A DNA stretch of 64,000 nt, taken from positions 328,722 through 392,721 of the forward strand of contig CBFHTA010000001.1 in NCBI GenBank assembly GCA_965658655.1. Direction: 5' to 3'. The notes beneath the pieces are model-generated. The model was given only the letters and a program-made list of their open reading frames with translations, was not told the DNA's origin and searched no databases. Positions 49,052 through 57,480 of the stretch are shown one piece after another. This DNA is from Candidatus Babelota bacterium. GTDB lineage: Bacteria > Babelota > Babeliae > Babelales > CAIQNR01. The first letter of the stretch is position 1. Every line of letters begins with the position of its first letter. A program made the translations under genes and the position numbers.

Positions 49052-49843
49052 TTAATGAGCTATTTTAAGCTCTGTGAGTAACACTTTTTCCAGTTGTGCG
49101 GGCGTTGATCCAATAGGGTAGTGAATCCCTACATCAAAACCACTTGTAACAGCGGCTTGAACATTTTTAAGTTTATCATCGATAAAAATCGTTATCTGAC
49201 CACAATTTCTGTTTTGCTCTAAGAATAGTTGATACATTGTAGGATTTGGCTTGGTGATCCAGTTATTTTCCGGTGAAGCGATAACATTGTGTTTGTCATA
49301 ACCAAGAAAATCGAGAAAAAAGACTTTAAGGCCATGATCTTCTGTTGGAACGGTTTTTAGGTGGTCTATTTGTACATTGAGCATATTTTGCCCCATATTA
49401 GAGAGCACACCGTGTGTGTGGCCATTATGAGATAACTTTTCCATAAGCTTAACCATACGACTATCAAGAGCATTAATTTTTCTTATAAAGCCTCTGAAGA
49501 ATACTACGGTTTTGGGATCATTCTTGCCGTAAAGGGTAAAGAGGCCATCCCATGAAGAACCTTCTGCTAATCCTTCTTTTTGAAGCTTATTCTTTTTTTT
49601 CCAGAGCTTGAAGAATTTCCAGGTCAACTGAGGAGTTTTAAGAATGCCAGCTTCTCTATGAATGTGTTTAAAAAGGGTGCTTGGTTTTATTTGTTTTTCG
49701 AATAAAACGTCGTTTAAATCCCAGCCAAAACAAGCTTGTTTATTTTGAGCTTGAGTAGCATCAAAGCCATCTCTGTACAGTATTTTAGCTGCATTGAGAG
49801 AAATCGCGCACAAAAATAAAAGAGAAAGCAAAACTTTCTTCAT
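49052..49843 (-). CDS. Secreted HAD-family hydrolase
   Basis: MKKVLLSLLFLCAISLNA signal peptide; WDLNDVL, LSN, KP, FIDD..KN. Confidence 0.8.
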   Translation of the reverse strand: MKKVLLSLLFLCAISLNAAKILYRDGFDATQAQNKQACFGWDLNDVLFEKQIKPSTLFKHIHREAGILKTPQLTWKFFKLWKKKNKLQKEGLAEGSSWDGLFTLYGKNDPKTVVFFRGFIRKINALDSRMVKLMEKLSHNGHTHGVLSNMGQNMLNVQIDHLKTVPTEDHGLKVFFLDFLGYDKHNVIASPENNWITKPNPTMYQLFLEQNRNCGQITIFIDDKLKNVQAAVTSGFDVGIHYPIGSTPAQLEKVLLTELKIAH

Positions 49844-49928
49844 GATTTATACCCCATTTAAAGAAATAACCCACATTCGATACTTAGAATAGCATACCCA
49901 ATGCGGGTTGTAAAAAGCCCAAATAAGC

Positions 49929-50618
49929 TTATTGGTCGATTTTTTTTATGCCTTTCCGTCGCAAAAGACGTTCGAGCTCAATCTCATCATAACGATCAAT
50001 AATCAGGTCAGATTCATGAAGGGCATCGCGGTCTCCAGCAGTATTAATACCTACACAGAACATACCGGCTCGCTTTGCAGCCCGAACACCATGAGCAGAG
50101 TCTTCAAATGCAATACAAAATTCTGGAGCAACACCTAACTTTTGAGCAGCATGTAAATAAAGGTCGGGGTCGGGCTTTGCTTTGTTGTTTACATCAGAAA
50201 TATTATAGATGTGATTTCCGAAATATTCTTCTAAGGCGAGCGTTTCCTTTGAGATTTTCAAAGTATTGTCGTCGGCATTAGTTGCAATTCCTACCATGAC
50301 CTGATTATTAATGACAGTTTTATGAAACGTTTCAAACCCGTCTATAAATTTTAATCCTTCTTTGAACAATTGGCTTGAGATATGTTTTTTTTCTTGCATT
50401 AATTCTTCAACAGCATGTTCAAGTTCGAATCTATCTTTGAGTAATGCACATGTATTATGAATAGCAGAACCTTTGAGTTCTTTTTCTAACTCGCTATGAA
50501 GTTCATCTGTAACTTGAATGCCTTTACTTGTTAAGAGTTCTTTGGTTGTGCTCTTCCAGATATGTTCGCTATCAGTTATGGTGCCATCCATGTCGAAGAT
50601 GATTGCTTTGTATTTCAT
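49929..50618 (-). CDS. HAD family phosphatase (beta-PGM/CbbY-like)
   Basis: FDMDGT, ATNA, KPDPD.Y, FEDS.HGV.AA..AGM. Confidence 0.92.
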   Translation of the reverse strand: MKYKAIIFDMDGTITDSEHIWKSTTKELLTSKGIQVTDELHSELEKELKGSAIHNTCALLKDRFELEHAVEELMQEKKHISSQLFKEGLKFIDGFETFHKTVINNQVMVGIATNADDNTLKISKETLALEEYFGNHIYNISDVNNKAKPDPDLYLHAAQKLGVAPEFCIAFEDSAHGVRAAKRAGMFCVGINTAGDRDALHESDLIIDRYDEIELERLLRRKGIKKIDQ

Positions 50619-50715
50619 GGTGTCCCCTTTTGTTGTGAGTTGAAAATAAATTCAATACTCGGTACCTTTGTAATCAATTGTTTGGTCCCCTCTAACTAAA
50701 GAAGGATACATTATT

Positions 50716-51372
50716 ATGAATAAGAAATACAAAGGTCTGTTTGAAGTGGCAGCTTCAAGTCTAGTTCTGGTGAGTTTTTTATTGTTTCGACTTGCAAAAA
50801 TTTCTCCTATCATTGGTGGTTCTTTTAAATTCTTTTCTTTATCCGATGTTGCCATGCCACTTTCAGGAACATTAGGTCTTGGCATTGCGGCCTTAGTAGC
50901 ATCTATGCGCTTGGGAACAAAAATGATGCTTGCGGGTGTTTCATTAACAAACGCAGGATTTTACTTACCAGGTTTATTTGCGGCAGGATGTTGGACCGAA
51001 CGTAAAAAGTTTTTTCAATTGTTTGTTCCGTTGGTAGCAATGACATTGTTTGTAGTGCATCCAATTGGTTTTTATGCAGCTCCTTATAGCCTCTATTGGT
51101 TGATTCCGGTAACGCTGTATTGGTTAGATAAAGATTCTCTTTTCTTAGATTCTCTTGCAAGTACATTTGTTGCTCACGCAGTTGGTTCTGTAATTTGGTT
51201 GTACGTATTTAGGTTACCGGTACAAACATGGTGGGCATTAATTCCAGTTGTTGCTGTAGAACGTTTATTTTTTGCTTCTGCAATGACTGTTATTTACGGT
51301 AGTGTAGTGTTTGCACGTCGTATCTTTGTTTCTAAAATACTTTCATTTTCTCAAATAGGGTTAGTTGAGTGA
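50716..51372 (+). CDS. Multi-pass membrane protein, possibly ECF S-component-like
   Basis: 218 aa, about 6 TM, AAGGA RBS, coupled to uppS. Confidence 0.65.
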   Translation: MNKKYKGLFEVAASSLVLVSFLLFRLAKISPIIGGSFKFFSLSDVAMPLSGTLGLGIAALVASMRLGTKMMLAGVSLTNAGFYLPGLFAAGCWTERKKFFQLFVPLVAMTLFVVHPIGFYAAPYSLYWLIPVTLYWLDKDSLFLDSLASTFVAHAVGSVIWLYVFRLPVQTWWALIPVVAVERLFFASAMTVIYGSVVFARRIFVSKILSFSQIGLVE

Positions 51373-52061
51373 TTAAGCATTTAGCAATGATAATGGATGG
51401 TAACAGGCGGTGGGCAAAACAGAATAAGTTAAGTTACTCTATAGGATATTCAGAAGGTGGTTTTGGAGCAGCAAAGATTGCAGCAAAATTTTGTATAGAT
51501 TCCGGTATTTCGCATCTTTCTTTGTATACGTTTTCATTAGAAAACTTCAATCGACCTCAACATGAACAAGATGTTTTATTTAACTGTATTGTTAATGAAG
51601 GTCCAAAACAGTTGAAATTTTTTAATAAAGAAAACATTCGAGTACGCTTTATTGGAGATAGGTCTCGATTTCCTGAAAAAGTTCTTCCTACTATTGAAAA
51701 GCTCGAACAAGAAACAGAAGAGAATGATCGATTACAAGTTAACTTGTTGTTCTGCTATGGTGCGCGGCAAGAACTGGTTTGTAGTATTAAACGTTTAATG
51801 AATAAAGTGCAAAAAGGTTTGCTTTCTGAAGAACAAATTTCTGAAAAGGCATTAGAAGATTGCTTATGGACCTCGGGGATCCCTCAACCAGAACTTATTA
51901 TTAGGACGAGTGGAACGCAGCGTTTGAGTAATTTTTTATTGTATCAAGCGGCATACAGTGAATTTTACTTCTTAGATTGTTTGTGGCCAGATATTACGCG
52001 CGAAGATCTTGAAAGTGCAGTTGGTTCTTATCTTGGTGTACAGCGAAATTTTGGTACATGA
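51369..52061 (+). CDS. uppS: Undecaprenyl diphosphate synthase
   Basis: HLAMIMDGNRRWA, FSLENF.R, YG.R.E, IRTSG.QRLSNFLLYQ..YSE, RNFG. Confidence 0.97.
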   Translation: MIKHLAMIMDGNRRWAKQNKLSYSIGYSEGGFGAAKIAAKFCIDSGISHLSLYTFSLENFNRPQHEQDVLFNCIVNEGPKQLKFFNKENIRVRFIGDRSRFPEKVLPTIEKLEQETEENDRLQVNLLFCYGARQELVCSIKRLMNKVQKGLLSEEQISEKALEDCLWTSGIPQPELIIRTSGTQRLSNFLLYQAAYSEFYFLDCLWPDITREDLESAVGSYLGVQRNFGT

Positions 52062-53041
52062 AGGTTACGGTTTTAGGAAGTGGTGCATGGGGAACTGCTA
52101 TTGCAACTGTTCTTGCACACAACCATCATGAAGTGGTGATGTGGACATACGAAGAAGATGTTGTAAAGAGCATTAATCAAGAGCATATAAATGCATACTA
52201 TTTACCTGATATGCCGATTCATAATACTATTTGTGCTACAACCAATAAAGAAGAAGCTCTGCAAGATGCAGAGTGGGTTTTTGAAGCAGTTCCCGTTAAG
52301 TATATGCGTTCAGTTCTTAAAGAATGTGTTTCGTATTACAATCCAGCACAGAAGTGGGTTGTGTTAAGCAAAGGTATAGAAAAAGACACTTGTTTGTTGC
52401 CGGTGCATATTTTAGAAGAGTTATTTGGTAAAGATGTACAAAGTATTGTATTGGCTGGTCCTAGTTTTGCAAAAGAAGTTGTTGCTCAACAATTAACGTC
52501 TGTATCCATTGCTTCAAAAGACATGAAACTGTGTAATGCTTTAGAGCAATTGATGGAAACAGAGTATTTTACATTAGAAGCAACTAAAGATGTGAGAGGT
52601 GTGCAACTTTGTGCTGCTTTAAAAAATGTAGTAGCTCTTGGTATGGGCTTACTTGAAGGTCTTGGGTGCCAAGACAATACCAAAGCATTATTTTTTGCAC
52701 GTATATATCGAGAATTACGATCTTTTATTATAAAGGCAGGGGGTGATGGTGTTACTATGGAAGAGCCTGCGGGCTTAGGAGACTTAGTTCTCACAGCTTT
52801 TGGTGCTCAGAGTAAAAATCTTGCAGCTGGAAAAGCGTTTGTAATTGGAGAGGGCGGTCCGCATGAGCGTGCAGTACCAGAAAGTTTAAATACTATTGTT
52901 GCTGTTTATCAAATCTACCAAGGAAAACAGCAGTGGGGAGAGCCTTGTCCAATGGGTGATGAATATATTCTTTTGGAAGCTTTGTATGACATTGTTTCTA
53001 AGGAACAAGAACCTGCATATTTATTAGAAGTGCTTTCATAA
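52058..53041 (+). CDS. gpsA: NAD(P)H-dependent glycerol-3-phosphate dehydrogenase
   Basis: GSGAWGTA, SKGIE, GPSFA.EV, ALKNV.A, DNTKA, GLGDL.LT. Confidence 0.94.
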   Translation: MKVTVLGSGAWGTAIATVLAHNHHEVVMWTYEEDVVKSINQEHINAYYLPDMPIHNTICATTNKEEALQDAEWVFEAVPVKYMRSVLKECVSYYNPAQKWVVLSKGIEKDTCLLPVHILEELFGKDVQSIVLAGPSFAKEVVAQQLTSVSIASKDMKLCNALEQLMETEYFTLEATKDVRGVQLCAALKNVVALGMGLLEGLGCQDNTKALFFARIYRELRSFIIKAGGDGVTMEEPAGLGDLVLTAFGAQSKNLAAGKAFVIGEGGPHERAVPESLNTIVAVYQIYQGKQQWGEPCPMGDEYILLEALYDIVSKEQEPAYLLEVLS

Positions 53042-53099
53042 AATATAACCTCCACTTGATGTTGTTGAAATCTCTTACATTTAGTTAAGGAGCTGATAA

Positions 53100-53414
53100 C
53101 TACTCTTGGTCTCCTTCTACCTCTTCGGCGTCTTCTTCCGTTGCATTTTGATATTTGTCGTACTCGTCTTGTAGATTATTATAAGCGTTAAAATCTATAC
53201 TACGGGTTAGCTCAAAATCTTCTAGTTCTTCTAGAACTATTGTTAAGATAGCAGAGAGTTGAGCTCTCAGTGTCCTGAGTTCATTGTGTGCGCGTTTTAA
53301 TTTTAGACTCATTTGTTCTATTTGTGGGGATTCATTAATTTGGTTTTCGGGAGCGGCGGCATTTACTTGAAGTGTTAAAAACGTAACAAAATAAACGATT
53401 AGATTTTTCTTCAT
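53100..53414 (-). CDS. Secreted coiled-coil acidic hypothetical protein
   Basis: MKKNLIVYFVTFLTLQVNA signal peptide, AGGAG RBS. Confidence 0.72.
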   Translation of the reverse strand: MKKNLIVYFVTFLTLQVNAAAPENQINESPQIEQMSLKLKRAHNELRTLRAQLSAILTIVLEELEDFELTRSIDFNAYNNLQDEYDKYQNATEEDAEEVEGDQE

Positions 53415-53481
53415 AGATTCTCCTAGGGTTGAAAAGAGTTATAAGAATTAGATGTAGAAAAAACGAGAGAGCGTTGTCAAT

Positions 53482-54198
53482 CTAAACCTTGAGTTGTACA
53501 GAAAAAGGTTCTTTAAGCGATACAAAAGATCCAGCCAATGGTTTTTGTTCAAAAATAATGCAACGATCACAGGTATGATGAGCAGAGGTGGTGTAAGTAT
53601 GATAAACAGTAACACCAATATTGTATTTTTCTAAAAATTGTTTTACTTCCGCAACAGGTTTTCCTTTATAAGATGGAAAAAGCAATACGTCTGATTCTTG
53701 TGAAGCAACATATAGAAGTGCGCCACTGGAAGGTATTTCTTTGCCTGCAGTAGGTATTTGAGCTACACATGTTCCTTCCGGTTTATCACTTTGAACCGGA
53801 AAGGTACGATAACGTATTTTTAAGTTTCTTAACGTTTTAGAATATTCATCAAGTGTTGTTCCTAGTACATTAGGAATGTGAGGTTGAACTGGCTTTTTTG
53901 AAAGAACAAAAAAGATTGTTTGTTGAGGCTTGATAGCACTTTGTGCCTGGGGTGTTTGACTAATAATAGTTCCTGCAGGAATATCTGCATCTTCTTGTTC
54001 AGTAATCATACGCATGTTTAGATTGTGTTGAGACAAAATAACAGCTGCCTCTGGTAATGTTTTACCAACAATGGGTGGTGCTTGAATAACGGAGCGATAG
54101 AAGAAATAAGAAAAAGATTGGTAGCCAAGTATAAAACATATAAATGGAGTGATCCAATATAAGTCTTTAATGTATTTTGAAAAAGAAGAAGGTGTCAT
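53482..54198 (-). CDS. Membrane-anchored PASTA-domain protein (about 3 PASTA)
   Basis: P.IVGKTL.EA, GTIISQTP, PNVLG, G.CVAQIP.AG, PSYKGK…EQKP.AG. Confidence 0.85.
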   Translation of the reverse strand: MTPSSFSKYIKDLYWITPFICFILGYQSFSYFFYRSVIQAPPIVGKTLPEAAVILSQHNLNMRMITEQEDADIPAGTIISQTPQAQSAIKPQQTIFFVLSKKPVQPHIPNVLGTTLDEYSKTLRNLKIRYRTFPVQSDKPEGTCVAQIPTAGKEIPSSGALLYVASQESDVLLFPSYKGKPVAEVKQFLEKYNIGVTVYHTYTTSAHHTCDRCIIFEQKPLAGSFVSLKEPFSVQLKV

Positions 54199-54212
54199 AT
54201 TTAAAACTTCGA

Positions 54213-54589
54213 TTATCTGCAGTTTAACAATAAGCCGGATTCTGTATCTATTGAATCAATTCAATAAATGGCAATCATGTATCTAAGCGACATACCCGCA
54301 TGTTTAACCGGAACAAACGACCGACACATGCCTATTTTGTCTTGCTCCAAGCAGGGTTTACCCCACATATATATTACTATATATGCCCGTGCGCTCTTAC
54401 CGCACATTTTCACCCTTACCAACTACCAATGTAGAAGGCGGTTTATTTTCTGTGGCACTTTCCGTGAGTTCACACTCCCCTTGATTGAAAACTTACGTTT
54501 TCTTCCAAGGTGCTTTGTTCGTTAGGAGTCCGGACTTTCCTCTCTCAAGATTGCTCTTAAAAGCGATTGCCTCGTCTAACTGCAGATAA
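54213..54589 (-). ncRNA. rnpB: RNase P RNA
   Basis: Universal GAGGAAAGTCCGGACTCC and ACAGAATCCGGCTTAT boxes, AAAGTGCCACAGAAA, GGGTAAACCC…GAGCAAG; P1 ttatctgcagtt/aactgcagataa; ends approximate. Confidence 0.96.
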
Positions 54590-55015
54590 CCATTTCAAAG
54601 AAAAATACATTATAACAAAATTACCAATAAATTTTAAGCTTGTACAGTGGTTGGAAAACCAGTCTGTTTTACAGCTTAAAATGCCTGTGTATGATGTGAA
54701 AAGCAAGAAGAATAAAAGTAATAAAGCTAAGAGCCATTCCTTTAGAGCGGTAGTATTGAGCATATACAAAGCAACGCAATAGCTACCTAAAGCGGCAAAA
54801 AAGTCTATCCCTAAAGTAGTATGAACGACCATTGACTCTGCACTCAAAAGAAAAAAAGCAAGAGCAGCAAGGGGTAACGAGTGTCTCTTTGTGAGATTTG
54901 TTAAAGAAAATATATAGAGAAAATAAAGACATTGTTGAGAAAAAATTTGAATGAAAAAGATGTCTAAAAAAAAGAAAAAAACAATAAAAGAAACAAAATA
55001 TAATTCCTGATACAT
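54557..55015 (-). CDS. Small multi-pass membrane protein, possibly MreD-like
   Basis: 152 aa, about 5 TM; size and topology only; 3' end overlaps rnpB. Confidence 0.5.
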   Translation of the reverse strand: MYQELYFVSFIVFFFFLDIFFIQIFSQQCLYFLYIFSLTNLTKRHSLPLAALAFFLLSAESMVVHTTLGIDFFAALGSYCVALYMLNTTALKEWLLALLLLFFLLFTSYTGILSCKTDWFSNHCTSLKFIGNFVIMYFSLKWLSAVRRGNRF

Positions 55016-55067
55016 TATTCTACATTTCAATGAAAGATTCTAATCTGATTATCCTTGTTATTCTATG

Positions 55068-55095
55068 TTGACAATTAATGTTGATCAAGTAGATT
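55068..55095 (+). promoter_or_regulatory. Putative sigma70 promoter
   Basis: TTGACA-16 bp-TAGATT upstream of ATG 55141. Confidence 0.45.
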
Positions 55096-55140
55096 ATAGG
55101 CGTTGTTGAAAATCTTTAAATTTTTCGGGAGTTTAATTAT

Positions 55141-55431
55141 ATGAAGAGTAAAGTAATGGCAGTTGTATTAGCAACTTCTTTGTTCACAGCTGTTCCATCT
55201 TTAGCTACTGATGCACCATCTACTGTAGCACCATCTACCGATGCGGCTACTGCTAAAAGTTGGGGAATTGGTTCTATGGTTAGCACAGTCTTGAATGCAC
55301 CAGGAAGCTGGCATAAATCGCATCCAAAAATTACTGGAACATTGGCTCTTGCAGTAGTTGCAATAATTGCTTACAACTTAGGCAAAGACAGCGATGAAGA
55401 AAAAAGTAAAAAAGCAGAAGAACTAATCTAA
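55141..55431 (+). CDS. Small exported protein with C-terminal TM helix
   Basis: Signal peptide, APST repeat, GTLALAVVAIIAY TM, charged tail; GGGAG RBS. Confidence 0.75.
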   Translation: MKSKVMAVVLATSLFTAVPSLATDAPSTVAPSTDAATAKSWGIGSMVSTVLNAPGSWHKSHPKITGTLALAVVAIIAYNLGKDSDEEKSKKAEELI

Positions 55432-55467
55432 TCTGCTTTTTAAAATGGGGTTTATAGATATTGAAAA

Positions 55468-55495
55468 ATAAAAGGCTGCTTATGCGGCCTTTTAT
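55468..55495 (+). terminator. Intrinsic terminator
   Basis: ataaaaggctgc-ttat-gcggccttttat. Confidence 0.75.
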
Positions 55496-55512
55496 CTTTA
55501 TTAAGGAATCGA

Positions 55513-57414
55513 GTGAAAAAAGCGTTCAGAAGATTTTTTTTAAAAAGTGGCCTTGCTCTTTTTTTTAATCTTACTGCTTTTACTGCTGGGTTTCTCTTTT
55601 TTTTATTTCGTCATCCTATTGTAGATTTTTCTGTTTTAGAGCGATATGACCCAGGAAAGCCGTCTATTCTTTTAGATGAAAAAGGGAAAGAATGGGGAAG
55701 GTTCCAGTTTGATAAACGCGAACCAATTAGTATAAGACAAATGCCCCCTCATCTCTTGCAAGCATTCATCGCAGCAGAAGATTGGGAATTTTATAATCAT
55801 ACTGGTTTATCCTGGCGAGGGATGATTCGTTCTGCGCTTGTGAATCTTTATTATGGGCGTATTGTGCAAGGTGCCAGTACTATTACACAGCAACTTGTTA
55901 AGCTTTTATATTTTGATCCTACTCGAAGCTTTAGAAGAAAGTTAAAAGAGCAGTTTTTTACGTTAATGGTAGAGCGCCAATTTACTAAAGATCAAATTTT
56001 AGAAACGTATTTAAATCATGTGTATTTTGGATGTGGTATCTATGGAGTAGAAGCAGCTACGCAAAGATTCTGGAATAAGAAGGCTGCCGATCTTTCTGTT
56101 GATCAGGCAGCAACTCTAGCTGCAGTTGTGTGTTCGCCAGGTAATTATTGTCCTTTATTGTATCCTCTTTCGTCTGAGCATCGACGTAATGTTGTATTAG
56201 GAAAAATGAAACGTTTGAAATTTATTTCTTCTGAACAGCATAAACGAGCAACAAATATGTCTCTTGCATTGGAATCTCCAGATGCATTAAAGATTGCCCC
56301 TCATTTAAAAGAAACGCTTCGTACATGGTTAGAAGAAAAGTACGGTAAACGGCGTTTGTATAGTGGTGGATTAAAAATTCAAACAACGCTTAATGCGCAG
56401 TTGCAACGTAAAGCAGAGCAATCTTTTAAAGAGCATTTTAAAAAAATTCGTCAGCAGTACGGAGGTGATATTGAGGGTGCTTTAATTACTGTTGAACGAA
56501 CAACGGGAGAGATTAAAGCATTAATTGGAGGAGTTGATTTCTCTGGTTCTCAATTTAACAGAGCATTGCAAGCATATCGACAACAAGGTTCGGTATTTAA
56601 GCCGGTTTTATATGCAACGGCTTTAGAGAACGGAATGAGTTTGTTAGACACCGCCATTGATGAACCTTTAAAAATTAAAACTGGAGGTGCTTTATGGGAA
56701 CCTCGTAACCATACACGTACCTTTGAAGGAGAAATGACTCTTGCTCGGGCACTTTCTTATTCAAATAATATAATTTCCATTAAAACCTTGCTTGAGGTGG
56801 GAGTGCAGAAAGTTATAGCTTCGGCACGTAAAATGCATATTAAAGGACAGTTGAAGCCATATCCTTCTTTGGCGTTAGGATGTGTTGATAGCACTTTGTT
56901 TGAGGTCGTTGGCATGTTTAATGTTTTTTCTAATGATGGAGTGTATGTTGAGCCTTATAGTGTACGTTGGATTAAAGATGAATGGGGTAAAAAGATTTAT
57001 AGAAAATCATATAAAAAAGAGCCTGTTATTTCTCAGTGCGTTGCAAATCAAATCGCTAAAACATTAACTGCTGGCATGGAGAGGAAAAGAAAAACTGCTA
57101 AACATTGGATAGATTCTCAAGCTATGAGCAAAACGGGAACTACCAATGATTCCCGTACTTGTTGGTTTGCAGGTTCTACACCTGAGCTTACAACAGCATT
57201 ATATATTGGGTCTGATGACAATCGTCCTCTTGGACAAAATGTGTATCCTGTACATACTGCGTATCCTATTTGGCTTGCATTGCATAAACAAGTACCTACA
57301 AGAATAAAGCAATTTTCTTTCGATCCTTCTTTAAAGCCTGTTCTGGCAGACTGGAAAACAGGAAAAATAGTTGCATATGAAGATTCTAAGGAAGTTCACT
57401 CTCTGCTTGTATAG
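55513..57414 (+). CDS. Class A penicillin-binding protein (PBP1A family)
   Basis: GT51 AAED..FY.H.G, GASTITQQLVK, RKLKE, YLN..YFG; transpeptidase SVFK, SNN, KTG. Confidence 0.95.
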   Translation: MKKAFRRFFLKSGLALFFNLTAFTAGFLFFLFRHPIVDFSVLERYDPGKPSILLDEKGKEWGRFQFDKREPISIRQMPPHLLQAFIAAEDWEFYNHTGLSWRGMIRSALVNLYYGRIVQGASTITQQLVKLLYFDPTRSFRRKLKEQFFTLMVERQFTKDQILETYLNHVYFGCGIYGVEAATQRFWNKKAADLSVDQAATLAAVVCSPGNYCPLLYPLSSEHRRNVVLGKMKRLKFISSEQHKRATNMSLALESPDALKIAPHLKETLRTWLEEKYGKRRLYSGGLKIQTTLNAQLQRKAEQSFKEHFKKIRQQYGGDIEGALITVERTTGEIKALIGGVDFSGSQFNRALQAYRQQGSVFKPVLYATALENGMSLLDTAIDEPLKIKTGGALWEPRNHTRTFEGEMTLARALSYSNNIISIKTLLEVGVQKVIASARKMHIKGQLKPYPSLALGCVDSTLFEVVGMFNVFSNDGVYVEPYSVRWIKDEWGKKIYRKSYKKEPVISQCVANQIAKTLTAGMERKRKTAKHWIDSQAMSKTGTTNDSRTCWFAGSTPELTTALYIGSDDNRPLGQNVYPVHTAYPIWLALHKQVPTRIKQFSFDPSLKPVLADWKTGKIVAYEDSKEVHSLLV

Positions 57415-57480
57415 TTGACTCTTTCTTTTCAATTAAGGTACACCTGAAAGGAACTTTGCTTGAAGTAGAAAGGATTAGTA

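Noticed and set aside
54268..54525. 85-aa plus-strand ORF
   Set aside because: Antisense to rnpB.
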